From NCBI RefSeq assembly GCF_964204645.1, contig NC_134029.1:14502950-14566949 (forward strand): a stretch of DNA of 64,000 bases, given 5' to 3'. The notes below the pieces were generated by a model. The model was given only the letters and a program-made list of their open reading frames with translations, made no database searches and had not been told where the DNA came from. The position numbers were made by a program, and so were the translations under genes. The first letter of the stretch is position 1; each line of letters starts with the position of its first letter. Below are positions 1 through 11,684 of this stretch, in pieces. This stretch comes from Tubulanus polymorphus (taxonomy: Eukaryota > Animalia > Nemertea).

Positions 1-3
1 TAT

Positions 4-459
4 ATGGCAGAATATATGAGAGAAAGATATCAAACAGATCTTAATTTTAGATTGAAACAATGCTTAAGATCTAGATTAACACAATTATTCAACAAAGAAA
101 CACATTCAGAAACACTATCTAATTTATTGGGTTGTACAGATGAATTTTTCATATCATGGATAATATATCAATTCGATGATAAAATGAATATAGATAATTA
201 TGGTGAATACTTTCATATTGATCATGTGTTACCAATATCTAAATTTAACATGAATATGGAATACAATAAAAAACTTATTTGGAATTGGAAGAATTTAAGA
301 CCTTTAGAAAAGAAGGAAAACATAATTAAATCTAATAAACTAGATTTACAGTTATATTTAGAACAGTTAACAAAGGCAAAGAAATTTATTGATCAATGGA
401 ACAATGATCCAAATAATGAACAATACGTTGAGGAATTTGATATCAAGGATCCGAAATGA
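4..459 (+). CDS. HNH-type endonuclease of Polinton-like element, C-terminal part (N-terminus lies before the window; see 6473-6757)
   Basis: FHIDHVLP...WNWKNLRPL...ENIIKSNK is an HNH signature typical of large DNA virus/phage nucleases; paralog at 38772-40411. Confidence 0.75.
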   Translation: MAEYMRERYQTDLNFRLKQCLRSRLTQLFNKETHSETLSNLLGCTDEFFISWIIYQFDDKMNIDNYGEYFHIDHVLPISKFNMNMEYNKKLIWNWKNLRPLEKKENIIKSNKLDLQLYLEQLTKAKKFIDQWNNDPNNEQYVEEFDIKDPK

Positions 460-770
460 CTTATCTGATAGTTATAATTACTGCTCCTAATAGATAAACA
501 AAAGTAGTGAGATATCAAATAGAATTCAAATAAAATATATTAAAAAAACAATAACTTCAACTAGCCATTATTTCTATTTTAATTTTTGATATTTTCTTTT
601 ACAATTCTTTTCAAAAGAGAATACTTTATATTTTGAATAGATTCAAATAGAAATTCTTTAAATTCAAATAGCTAGTACCAGTAGTCAATACTAGAATTCT
701 TTAACTTTAACTATCTAGTATCATTTTATAATACTTATAATATTTTTCTTATTAAATTTCTCCAATATAA

Positions 771-1379
771 ATGTCAAAGAAATCGAGTAAGAATAGTATT
801 GATATTGAAAAAACATTAGATGATTTGGGTATTAGTGATAATAAGGATCCAGTTGTTTCTAATTCTATTCAAGTTAATTGTAAAATAGATTATGAATACT
901 ATTTATATTGTAAGCATCATCTAGAACTATTGATTGCCGGTGGAAAAACTAAGGAGTTTTTAAATAGAATCATTACTTTTCAAGAACTAGACTCTATGAA
1001 ACCAGATAAAGTAATAAAATATTTTAAGATTTATGAAGAAGCTAGATTAGCTAGAATAAATGATTCTATTTCAGATGGTATTGTCAAATGTTATTCTAAG
1101 TTATGTAACCGGTTAATACCAATTGATGATGAAAATAAATTATATAGTGATTTGAAAAATGACTATTTAGTTATGACTGAATTACAAAAATGGGTTGGTT
1201 ATGCTTCATTCCAATTAGGATCGGTTATGACATTAATTTCTACTGGTGTCATAACATTTTCGAATATTAAGCCTATGGAATATAAATCAGGTAAGAACGA
1301 AACAGATGACGCTGTACTACAACCAAACAGTGAAACAGAAAATGAATCAGAACAAAAATTAACTAAAATAAATGAGTGA
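771..1379 (+). CDS. Polinton-like element hypothetical protein, 202 aa, hydrophobic segment near C-terminus
   Basis: Intact AT-rich ORF with TAAATG start; mirrored at 5730-6338; diverged paralog at 37886-38470. Confidence 0.8.
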   Translation: MSKKSSKNSIDIEKTLDDLGISDNKDPVVSNSIQVNCKIDYEYYLYCKHHLELLIAGGKTKEFLNRIITFQELDSMKPDKVIKYFKIYEEARLARINDSISDGIVKCYSKLCNRLIPIDDENKLYSDLKNDYLVMTELQKWVGYASFQLGSVMTLISTGVITFSNIKPMEYKSGKNETDDAVLQPNSETENESEQKLTKINE

Positions 1380-1735
1380 TGGCGTTAAGAAAAAGCCTAG
1401 ATCCGAGAAACAAACTAAATGGGCAAGAGAATTAGGTAAAAGATCTTCAGAATTAAAAAAAGCTAAGAAAAAGAAATTAACTGAAATGAATCACAGACTT
1501 TATCTGATATTGATTCAAATAATAATCCATCTTATTCTTCTAATGCTGGAAGTAATTATAAATTATATATTACAATTGGATTAGTAACAGTTATTATATT
1601 ATCCGGTGTAATATATAAATCAAAATTCAAATCTAATGATAAAGATGATTCCAATTAAATAAACCTATTATACCAGAAAATAAATCAAATGATAAAGTCA
1701 TTGAAAATAACCCAAGATTATTATTAATGGATTAA
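1372..1735 (+). pseudogene. Small basic protein with TM segment (frameshifted)
   Basis: KKKPRSEKQ..WARELGKRS N-terminus. The paralog at 37657-37893 shows the original frame (…KLYITIGLIAVII). Confidence 0.65.
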
Positions 1736-1741
1736 AATAAG

Positions 1742-2269
1742 ATGAAAAAAGAACAATATTTAAGAGAGTTATATTATAACCCAGAAAGTGAAGTATCATA
1801 TTCTAACGTTTCAGAATTATGGAATAAAATTAAATCTGATAATGAAAATGGCGCCATACGGCACCCACATGGTGGTATAAAATATAGCGAATTAAAATCA
1901 TGGTTACAAAATCAACCAACATATCAAATTCATAAGAAAATGGATAAAACTTATTTAACAAGAAAAGTTATGGTTTCATATATCGATCAACAATGGCAAG
2001 CAGATTTAATTGACATGAAGAACTTAGAAGAACACAACAAAGGATATTTCTGGATATTAAATGTTATAGATATATTCAGTAGATACGCATGGTCAATTCC
2101 AATCAAAAATAAAACTGGTATAGAAGTAACAAATGCTTTTAAATCAATATTTAAAGAAGCTATTCCAGATAAGATACAATTTGATGAAGGTAAAGAGTTT
2201 TATAACAAACATTTTAAACAAGAGCCCCAAGGGGCACAATGGCCAGCCTGTCAGATTTGCTTTTTATAA
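1742..2269 (+). pseudogene. Polinton rve (DDE) integrase, truncated at ~2217 by an inserted repeat
   Basis: WQADLIDM, VIDIFSRYAW and KIQFDEGKEFYN motifs; the last ~17 codons come from the inserted element. Confidence 0.9.
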
Positions 2270-3305
2270 ATGATGTAATCTGTGGGTTATATTTATCAAT
2301 ATACACTCCCTGCTCAATGTCATTTACATACTACAATCGTGTGTTAACACAGACAGCAGGAGCGAATGTAATATAGAAATACTAAGTTATTGTATTGTTC
2401 AACGCCCCTGGTGGCCATGTACAAAAACCAATGAGCTTGAAACTCACCAAGATCATAGACCATGTCATGAGCTACATCTTTCCAATTGATTGTGGTAGCA
2501 AAATATGCATAGGTACGAATGTAATATAGAAATACTAAGTTATTGTATTGTTCAACGCCCCCTGGTGGCCATAAACAAAAACCAATGAGCTTGAAACTCA
2601 CCTCAATCATAGAACATGTCATGAGCTACAACTTTCCAATTAATTATGGTAGCAAAATATGCTTAAGTATCAAAATGATGTGGCAAAACTTTTTTTCCAC
2701 CTACGAATGAGTACTGATGACCCCAAGATGGCCGCCAATTGCGTCATAATTGCCTGGTCAAAAATACCCTCTCGGATATAAAAGATCCCTTTCCAAAGAA
2801 TACCCATTACAAATTGCAATGAAAAATGGCACACCATTAGAAAGCTACAGGACTCAGAATTCAGGCCAAAATTAAAATGTTTGGGAACAAAAAAGGTCAC
2901 AGGACGGCCATCTTGAGTCCGATCGACCCAATTTTTCTCATGCCGATGGGCCCTTGGGGGATACAAATATATACGAATGATCAAGGTTATTGATAAAAGT
3001 GTCTTCAAAATTTCCCTCGAAAACTTCTAAAATGTGTAAAAAGTGCTGATTTTGGCGAACAACAATGGCTGTCAGTCGGCCATCTTGAATCTGACAGGGC
3101 CAGTTTTTGGCCTGAAGATGTGTCTAGGGTAGATACACGTATAAACCTAATATCAAGACATTACCTTGAAGCGTCTTCAAAACTTTGGAACTCTCACGAA
3201 CTATCTAGATGGTTATCTCTCGACTCAATAGCTTCAAGACCCATCTCAAAACAACTTTGTTCCATGCAGCATACCATTAACTCTCGGAAAGCGAATTGGA
3301 TTTAA
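2217..3305 (-). mobile_element. Non-autonomous Helentron-associated (HINE/Pearl-like) element with ~154-bp internal tandem repeats
   Basis: Homologous to 31843-33074. Terminal hairpin GCCCCTTGGGGC followed by TCTTGTTT, inserted at a T-run. Inner boundary approximate. Confidence 0.65.
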
Positions 3306-3803
3306 CATTTTTTTTGTCTGAATAAAATTTGATTGAATTTGCAATTCGAGCACATGGCTAATTAGCATATCAAGTTCATACACTCGATTTGGGAAAAGCA
3401 ATTTTTTGCGAACCTTGCGCAATTGTCAAGGATGAATTTTCTGTAGAGCAAATGAAAATTCCTCCCAAACACCAAATCAACCGTCTGAACAATTTTGTCA
3501 CAACCAACATTTCGTTTACAGAAATCAGGTGTTCACGTGAACCCGCGGTATCGTCTATTGTTTTACTTCCGGGTTTTATTTTAAGATTTAAAACCGTATT
3601 TCAAGATCGATTTCTATGAAATCTTTAGTTGATTTGGTGTTTGGGAGGAATTTTCATTTGCTCTACAGAAAATTCATCCTTGACAATTGCGCAAGGTTCG
3701 CAAAAAATTGCTTTTCCCAAATCGAGTGTATGAACTTGATATGCTAATTAGCCATGTGCTCGAATTGCAAATTCAATCAAATTTTATTCAGACAAAAAAA
3801 ATG

Positions 3804-4892
3804 TTAAATCCAATTCGCTTTCCGAGAGTTAATGGTATGCTGCATGGAACAAAGTTGTTTTGAGATGGGTCTTGAAGCTATTGAGTCGAGAGATAACCAT
3901 CCAGATAGTTCGTGAGAGTTCCAAAGTTTTGAAGACGCTTCAAGGTAATGTCTTGATATTAGGTTTATACGTGTATCTACCCTAGACACATCTTCAGGCC
4001 AAAAACTGGCCCTGTCAGATTAAAGATGGCCGACTGACAGCCATTGTTGTTCGCCAAAATCAGCACTTTTTACACATTTTAGAAGTTTTCGAGGGAAATT
4101 TTGAAGACACTTTTATCAATAACCTTGATCATTCGTATATATTTGTATCCCCCAAGGGCCCATCGGCATGAGAAAAATTGGGTCGATCGGACTCAAGATG
4201 GCCGTCCTGTGACCTTTTTTGTTCCCAAACATTTTAATTTTGGCCTGAATTCTGAGTCCTGTAGCTTTCTAATGGTGTGCCATTTTTCATTGCAATTTGA
4301 AATGGGTATTCTTTGGAAAGGGATCTTTTATGTCCGAGAGGGTATTTTTGACCAGGCAATTATGACGCAATTGGCGGCCATCTTGGGGTCATCAGTACTC
4401 ATTCGTAGGTGGAAAAAAAGTTTTGTCACATCATTTTGATACTTAAGCATATTTTGCTACCATAATTAATTGGAAAGTTGTAGCTCATGACATGTTCTAT
4501 GATTGAGGTGAGTTTCAAGCTCATTGGTTTTTGTTTATGGCCACCAGGGGGCGTTGAACAATACAATAACTTAGTATTTCTATATTACATTCGTACCTAT
4601 GCATATTTTGCTACCACAATCAATTGGAAAGATGTAGCTCATGACATGGTCTATGATCTTGGTGAGTTTCAAGCTCATTGGTTTTTGTACATGGCCACCA
4701 GGGGCGTTGAACAATACAATAACTTAGTATTTCTATATAACATTCGCTCCTGCTGTCTGTGTTAACACACGATTGTAGTATGTAAATGACATTGAGCAGG
4801 GAGTGTATATTGATAAATATAACCCACAGATCACATCATTTATAAAAAGCAAATCTGACAGGCTGGCCATTGTGCCCCTTGGGGCTCTTGTT
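3804..4892 (+). mobile_element. Mirror copy of HINE/Pearl-like element
   Basis: Reverse complement of 2217-3305. Confidence 0.65.
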
Positions 4893-5367
4893 TAAAATGT
4901 TTGTTATAAAACTCTTTACCTTCATCAAATTGTATCTTATCTGGAATAGCTTCTTTAAATATTGATTTAAAAGCATTTGTTACTTCTATACCAGTTTTAT
5001 TTTTGATTGGAATTGACCATGCGTATCTACTGAATATATCTATAACATTTAATATCAAGAAATATCCTTTGTTGTGTTCTTCTAACTTCTTCATGTCAAT
5101 TAAATCTGCTTGCCATTGTTGATCGATATATGAAACCATAACTTTTCTTGTTAAATAAGTTTTATCCATTTTCTTATGAATTTGATATGTTGGTTGAATT
5201 TGTAACCATGATTTTAATTCGCTATATTTTATACCACCATGTGGGTGCCGTATGGCGCCATTTTCATTATCAGATTTAATTTTATTCCATAATTCTGAAA
5301 CGTTAGAATATGATACTTCACTTTCTGGGTTATAATATAACTCTCTTAAATATTGTTCTTTTTTCAT
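4840..5367 (-). pseudogene. Polinton rve integrase, truncated (mirror copy)
   Basis: Near-identical to 1742-2269 (3 aa differences). Confidence 0.9.
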
Positions 5368-5373
5368 CTTATT

Positions 5374-5737
5374 TTAATCCATTAATAATAATCTTGGGTT
5401 ATTTTCAATGACTTTATCATTTGATTTATTTTCTGGTATAGTAGGTTTATTTAATTGGAATCATCTTTATCATTAGATTTGAATTTTGATTTATATATTA
5501 CACCGGATAATATAATAACTGTTACTAATCCAATTGTAATATATAATTTATAATTACTTCCAGCATTAGAAGAATAAGATGGATTATTATTTGAATCAAT
5601 ATCAGATAAAGTCTGTGATTCATTTCAGTTAATTTCTTTTTCTTAGCTTTTTTTAATTCTGAAGATCTTTTACCTAATTCTCTTGCCCATTTAGTTTGTT
5701 TCTCGGATCTAGGCTTTTTCTTAACGCCATCACTCAT
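5374..5737 (-). pseudogene. Small basic TM protein (mirror copy, frameshifted)
   Basis: Mirror of 1372-1735. Confidence 0.65.
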
Positions 5738-6338
5738 TTATTTTAGTTAATTTTTGTTCTGATTCATTTTCTGTTTCACTGTTTGGTTGTAGTACAGCGT
5801 CATCTGTTTCGTTCTTACCTGATTTATATTCCATAGGCTTAATATTCGAAAATGTTATGACACCAGTAGAAATTAATGTCATAACCGATCCTAATTGGAA
5901 TGAAGCATAACCAACCCATTTTTGTAATTCAGTCATAACTAAATAGTCATTTTTCAAATCACTATATAATTTATTTTCATCATCAATTGGTATTAACCGG
6001 TTACATAACTTAGAATAACATTTGACAATACCATCTGAAATAGAATCATTTATTCTAGCTAATCTAGCTTCTTCATAAATCTTAAAATATTTTATTACTT
6101 TATCTGGTTTCATAGAGTCTAGTTCTTGAAAAGTAATGATTCTATTTAAAAACTCCTTAGTTTTTCCACCGGCAATCAATAGTTCTAGATGATGCTTACA
6201 ATATAAATAGTATTCATAATCTATATTACAATTAACTTGAATAGAATTAGAAACAACTGGATCCTTATTATCACTAATACCCAAATCATCTAATGTTTTT
6301 TCAATATCAATACTATTCTTACTCGATTTCTTTGACAT
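5730..6338 (-). CDS. Polinton-like hypothetical protein 202 aa (mirror copy)
   Basis: One aa difference from 771-1379. Confidence 0.8.
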   Translation of the reverse strand: MSKKSSKNSIDIEKTLDDLGISDNKDPVVSNSIQVNCNIDYEYYLYCKHHLELLIAGGKTKEFLNRIITFQELDSMKPDKVIKYFKIYEEARLARINDSISDGIVKCYSKLCNRLIPIDDENKLYSDLKNDYLVMTELQKWVGYASFQLGSVMTLISTGVITFSNIKPMEYKSGKNETDDAVLQPNSETENESEQKLTKINE

Positions 6339-6472
6339 TTATATTGGATAAATTTAATAAGAAAAATATTATAAGTATTATAAAATGATACTAGATAGTT
6401 AAAGTTAAAGAATTCTAGTATTGACTACTGGTACTAGCTATTTGAATTTAAAGAATTTCTATTTGAATCTAT

Positions 6473-6757
6473 TCAAAATATAAAGTATCTAAAATTAAGA
6501 TCTGTTTGATATCTTTCTCTCATATATTCTGCCATATAATAATTATAATGTTCTATATTATCTTCTCGGTATTGTTTGGTATATAGTTTAAAACAAGTTT
6601 TACAACAATATTGAAAACCATCTTTGCTAATCTTACCCTTACTGAATTCTGTTATAGCTAATTTATCTAATTCACATTTAGAACACTTCTTGTAGTATAT
6701 ATTTATGACGCCAGTGTTATTTGTAATATTGATAGTTTGTGGTTGTTCTGGTTCCAT
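6473..6757 (-). pseudogene. N-terminal Zn-ribbon half of HNH nuclease gene, truncated by ~570-bp deletion
   Basis: CSKC...SKDGFQYCCKTC followed by MAEYMRERYQTDLNFR, identical to the start of ORF 4-459. Confidence 0.8.
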
Positions 6758-7015
6758 TTATTATACATATTTTTTTACTAAATTGATTTTAGAAGTTCAA
6801 TGATTTATATCATGTATTATTTCAATCACACTTTACTAACACTTTTAATGTTTAAAAATCTAACTCATACAAATATGAATATTGAAATAATGTTATAAAT
6901 ATATCTATATATCTATTCTATAAAAGCTTACACTTTACTCACACTTTTATATTGAATAATCTATCAATTTATATGTTATTCATATATATTTTATTCATGT
7001 ATATAAATATTTTAA

Positions 7016-7288
7016 GAGTAATAGGGATAATGGGCTTTCATATCAAAGGTTGAAAGGGCTAGTGAGTAAAAAAATGAAAAATATGAAAATAATAATAATT
7101 TCTATTTGAATTAGGAGTGAAACTCATATAAAATGAAAAATAAATTCGAGTGTGCGAGAATTATTTTTCATTTTATATGAGTTTCGCTACTAATTCAAAT
7201 AGAAATTGTTATTATTTTCATATTTTTCATTTTTTATGAGCTCGAACTTTCGACCTTTGGTATGAAAGCCCATTATCCCTATTACTCA
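7016..7288. repeat. ~270-bp AT-rich imperfect palindrome at the element terminus/junction
   Basis: GAGTAATAGGGATAATGGGCTTTCATA ... TATGAAAGCCCATTATCCCTATTACTC with centre AATTC-GAGTGTGCGA-GAATT; related sequence at 40590-40660 and 43781-43875. Confidence 0.9.
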
Positions 7289-7573
7289 TATAAAACTAAA
7301 ACTCATGAAGCTAAAAAGTTAAAAGGAATTACCAAAAGTATAGTAGAAAAAAAACATTCATTTCGAAGATTACATCAATTGTATATTCAATGAAGAAGTT
7401 AGAAAACATAAGATGAAATGTTTAAGATCTGAAGATCATGAAATGTTTATTGAAGAGATAGAGAAGATAAGTTTAAATCCTTTCGATGATAAAAGATATA
7501 TTATAGATGATGGAATTCATACAGTTGCTTATGGTTGCAACTTAGATGAATACTTAAAATTTAAAAGAGAATA
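7284..7573 (+). pseudogene. polB: Protein-primed family B DNA polymerase (pPolB) C-terminal fragment
   Basis: Manual translation with one frameshift in an A-run: YSYKTK..KKLKGITKSIV..IHFEDYINCIF...KISLNPFDDKRYIIDDGIHTVAYG, the characteristic Polinton pPolB C-terminus. Not in the ORF track. Confidence 0.85.
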
Positions 7574-9271
7574 AACAAAAGAGAATGAGATTATGAAAAG
7601 AATTATTACATGTTAATTCAATTTTGATAAAAAATATAGCTGCCAAGCAGCGATGACGGGTTTTCTGCAAAGCCATTCAGAAAGATGGGAATTGTAGTAA
7701 ATTGAAATATCGATACATAGAATAAAATGCATTGACAGATTCGAACCTAATATGCTGTGTAAACGTCAAATATGATTCAGCTTTGAAACCGAACATACGC
7801 GGACGTACAATCACAAATATTAATTTATTTGACCAGGCATTTATTTTGGCATTCAAACATCATGATACTGTATTATCACCATGCTTAAAAATGAATCTGT
7901 CCTATTAAGAACTCATCTTAAGCACCTGCTGAGTCAATAGATTGAGTGAATTTACAGATAAGAACTTACTATGATTTAGAATAGATTTAAGAAGTTAATG
8001 TTTTTATTGAAATATTTGAATAGATACATATATTGTAGTGTAGATTCAATCAATAAATTATGAATTGATCTGGTCTGGGTTTCCGGCTGATGTTGATTTT
8101 GGCTTTTATGGATTACAAATTCTGTAGTGATCAACAACTGATACCTGCAACATGTGTGCAAATCAAACCTATTCCACTAGTTGCGTGTGTTTCCTAATAA
8201 ACGGGAGAGTCGCTCTTGATCCGAGTTATTAGAAAAATAATGTTCATTTAGTTATAGAAATTCATTGCCTTTTTGGAAATTCTGTAATAATATTTGTTCT
8301 GTCCTAATTTTTATTACTGTATGAACCAATGATATGCTTTGTAAATATGATGTAATAAAATAAATTTGAATTTGAATTAAATTTGAACATGAGAATCAAG
8401 CATAACTTGTGTTTTTTCAACTTGTCTTTTGTTAACAGTTCCAGAGTTTCAATTACAATCAAATCCAAATTGGCTAAAAAGTACATATGACTAAATGAAA
8501 TGAACCGTTAGTTACTGCAAACCTATTCCAGTGTTATGTCGATCGTGTTGAATCACTTTCCTTGAGTTGAAAGAATCAGATCTTCTATGGTGCAACATCG
8601 GTCGAAGAGAGATATCTTGGTGTTGACTGTCCTTGGCCATCTAACTTCATGCGTTTGACATTGGAATCAGCATCATGCCCATTTGAACTGCAAAATATTC
8701 ATACAACATGAAAACCTACAGTACATGTATACAGTAATCAAACTTTCACCGATGTTGGATATTTGAATGAACGTTGGGCTTATTTCAGTATTCTAATGCA
8801 GGAAATAATAAGCCCAATAAATAGGCCCTATTCCCATTGGAACAATTGTATAATGCGTACAGCAGCACTTATCAGTCAAGTATGGAGAAATCGGTATACC
8901 AAACGTACGAACAGCAAAATGTATAGGCCTACAATGATTTCTGGTATACAAGCCGTGACCACATGAACGTTTTGGTTTGACTATTAATGTCAGCAGGTCA
9001 GAGAAGGCCTGGCCAAATTTAATCACATGGCTCAAATCAATTAGCCTTTCTGCGTGTGAATACTTCACTGTATTGTTTTAAAAATGGGCCTATCGAGTGA
9101 ATTAGTACAAAGACTGAATTAGACTTTAGGCTAGTCCTGACCAAATCCTATCCATGTTATAATTGCACCAGTTATAGTAACATCACTGAAGGGCCGACGA
9201 GAGGGAAAAAGTTGTGTTTGTAGTACATAGGCATGGTAGAATTGTCGTACTAACCTAATACTTAAAATGCT

Positions 9272-9618
9272 GTTGTTACCTGTACGTGACTGTACGGCGA
9301 TTACTACAGGTTAGCCGTATGTGAGTACGTTGACGCTCAGATTTGTAATATTGGGATTCCAAACCAAACGAAAAAAAATCCAGTTGTAGTCCAGTGATTT
9401 ACCCACGGTGCCACAGAACGTAACTGCAGGGTGTATGAAATTTGATTTACAAATAGCCTAGCCTCACTTACCCAAACTCTATTCTTTCACGCATGCGCGT
9501 TTGCAGATTATAGGAACTCACGTACAGCGTTTTTAGGGAACTCACGTACAGCCTTTTTAGGGAACTCACGAACGGTTAACCTGTGGATATCACCGTACAG
9601 TCACGTACGTATAACAAC
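9272..9618. mobile_element. MITE-like element with ~30-bp imperfect TIRs
   Basis: GTTGTTAC..GTACGTGACTGTACGGCGAT / ATCACCGTACAGTCACGTACGTATAACAAC; internal 23-bp repeats TTTTAGGGAACTCACG. Confidence 0.55.
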
Positions 9619-10098
9619 TTCGTACTTAAAAAACGGTATTGGCTACTGTCTATATAATAGGCCTATAGACAAATAAATACCGGTAGGCTTTCTTAGCTTC
9701 CACACTTCACAACCGAACCAACTGACCAACCAGTAGCCTATATTTATTCCCAGAACGCACCAACCGGCACAGGCCTAACACTGTTTGTCAACTGTGTGTA
9801 CCGTAGTAGGCTATCGATAATCACCTGATACTTTTCTGTCGTTTGTTTTCTCTCTGAGACGAACGTAATTCTGCACCGTAATTCTAGTAGCCCTTCGCGA
9901 CTCAACGACCTAGATTTAAACTTGGTCAATTCAAAATCTGTTTATTGACGCTTTTGGTTACATGAACTGATCAGCAATATACTTAAATGAAATAACCGGA
10001 ATAACAAGAAATCAAAAATATCAACGAGGTAACAAACAAATGCCCGTAAACCTGTCAGACACGCGAACGCCGGACTCGTAAACTATTGGACTCGGACC

Positions 10099-11330
10099 CA
10101 CAGGGGCTCGTATCAGAGTTGTAGGTAATGTAAAAACGATAATCTGTTAATCCAATGTATATAGTATATATAAAATAACAAGGGGGCTAACGACGCTCAC
10201 AAACTCCTCAACTTCAGTCGCTTACTTTTTCGTTATTTTTCATCCGATTTTGATAATCCAGGCATGATATGAAAGCTAATACCTTCCTGCTTCTAACAAA
10301 ACTAATCCCGTTAATTTCCGATGAATAGTTCGTGAATTATATGTCTTTGAACGCGAAATTAGGGCCGAAATTTCCTGGACCGAAAATGCTATGACGCCGG
10401 TTTTTGCCGATTTCGAAATTTAAAACGTTGAGTTCGACACGAAATCCTTCACCGATTTTGATGGTCGAGGGCTTCAAATGCGCAAAACATTCTATACTTT
10501 CTGGATATTGCGGTTGTTTCGTTAATCCATACGATCTTCCAGCTTTGCAAACGCGAATTTTCCGATTTTACGTCAATTCACGCACTCGACACGCGATCTC
10601 AAGATGGCGACCTTGAACTTGAACTAGCAACAGGTCCGCAGTAAATTTTATTTCGTAACAATTCAATCAAATAATGTTTTATCTTATTTAAGCTAGAATA
10701 AACACGATCAGGTTATAATAGATTCTGAATTTCACGTAAATATACACAGAAAATAAATTGGAAATAAAATTTATTTCGGTTCTGCATTGCGCTAAGCATT
10801 GTGGGAGATGACAATCGCCATTTTTAGATCGCGCATGGAGTTTGTGAATTGACTTAAAATCGGAAAATTTGCGTTTTCAAAGCTGGAAGATCGTATGGAT
10901 TAACGAAACAACCACAATATTTAGGAAATATAGAGTGTTATGCGCATTTAAAGTCCTCGATCATCAAAATCGGTGAAGGATTTCGTGTCGAACTCAACGT
11001 TTTAAATTTCGAAATCGGCAAAAACCGGCGTCATAGCATTTTCGGTCCAGGCGATTTCGGCCCTAATTTCGCGTTCAAAGACATATAATTCACGAACTAT
11101 TCATTGGAAATTAACGGGATTAGTTTCGTTAGAAGCAGGAAGGTATTAGCTTTCATATCATGCCTGGATTATCAAAATCGGATGAAAAATAACGAAAAAG
11201 TAAGCGACTGAAGTTGAGGAGTTTGTGAGCGTCGTTAGCCCCCTTGTTATCTTATTTATATATACTATATACATTGGATTAACAGATTATCGTTTTTACA
11301 TTACCTACAACTCTGATACGAGCCCCTGTG
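10099..11330. mobile_element. Foldback non-autonomous DNA transposon (P/hAT-type), ~470-bp TIRs, 8-bp TSD
   Basis: CACAGGGG...CCCCTGTG termini flanked by CTCGGACC at 10091-10098 and 11331-11338. Confidence 0.9.
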
Positions 11331-11684
11331 CTCGGACCCGCTGAGCAATAAATTCGTAAAATTGATTTTGAAATTGATTGTGGAGAAGAGAGGGAATAAT
11401 TCGATAGCTCTTCCTCATAAAGAAGAGAGAAATTTCGGAAAGAAAATACAACATGGCTACTAATTGAACGGAGCCAAATTTCCGATGTTTACGGCTCGAC
11501 AGTGCCTTTATAACGTGGATTTATCAAAATTCCCATGCAGTATCTGGAGATTGAAGTGAGCTGAAGGATATCATACGGATTGTATCGGCGACAGCGGTAA
11601 GGTAAGGAAGCCTTTACACTTTTAACAAAAACTGTGTGGAAAAGGGAAAAAAAATAATAATGAATATAGCTGCAAAGCAGCGAC

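Larger units (their letters stand above)
1..6538. repeat. Giant inverted duplication (arms 621-3481 / 3628-6488, 146-bp spacer; 1-50 mirrored at 6489-6538)
   Basis: Mirror ORFs sum to 7109 (771/6338, 1742/5367, 2344/4765). There are scattered substitutions between arms, and the right arm lacks ~51-620. Confidence 0.95.

Noticed and set aside
2344-4765. ORFs 2344-2622, 2670-3008, 3120-3305, 3389-3619 and their mirrors
   Set aside because: Chance ORFs in a non-coding repeat; frames are not conserved in the homolog at 31843-33074.
7090-7210. Poxvirus concatemer resolution sequence (T6-N7-9-YAAAW) in the hairpin
   Set aside because: No clean match with correct spacing was found by eye, so it is not claimed.
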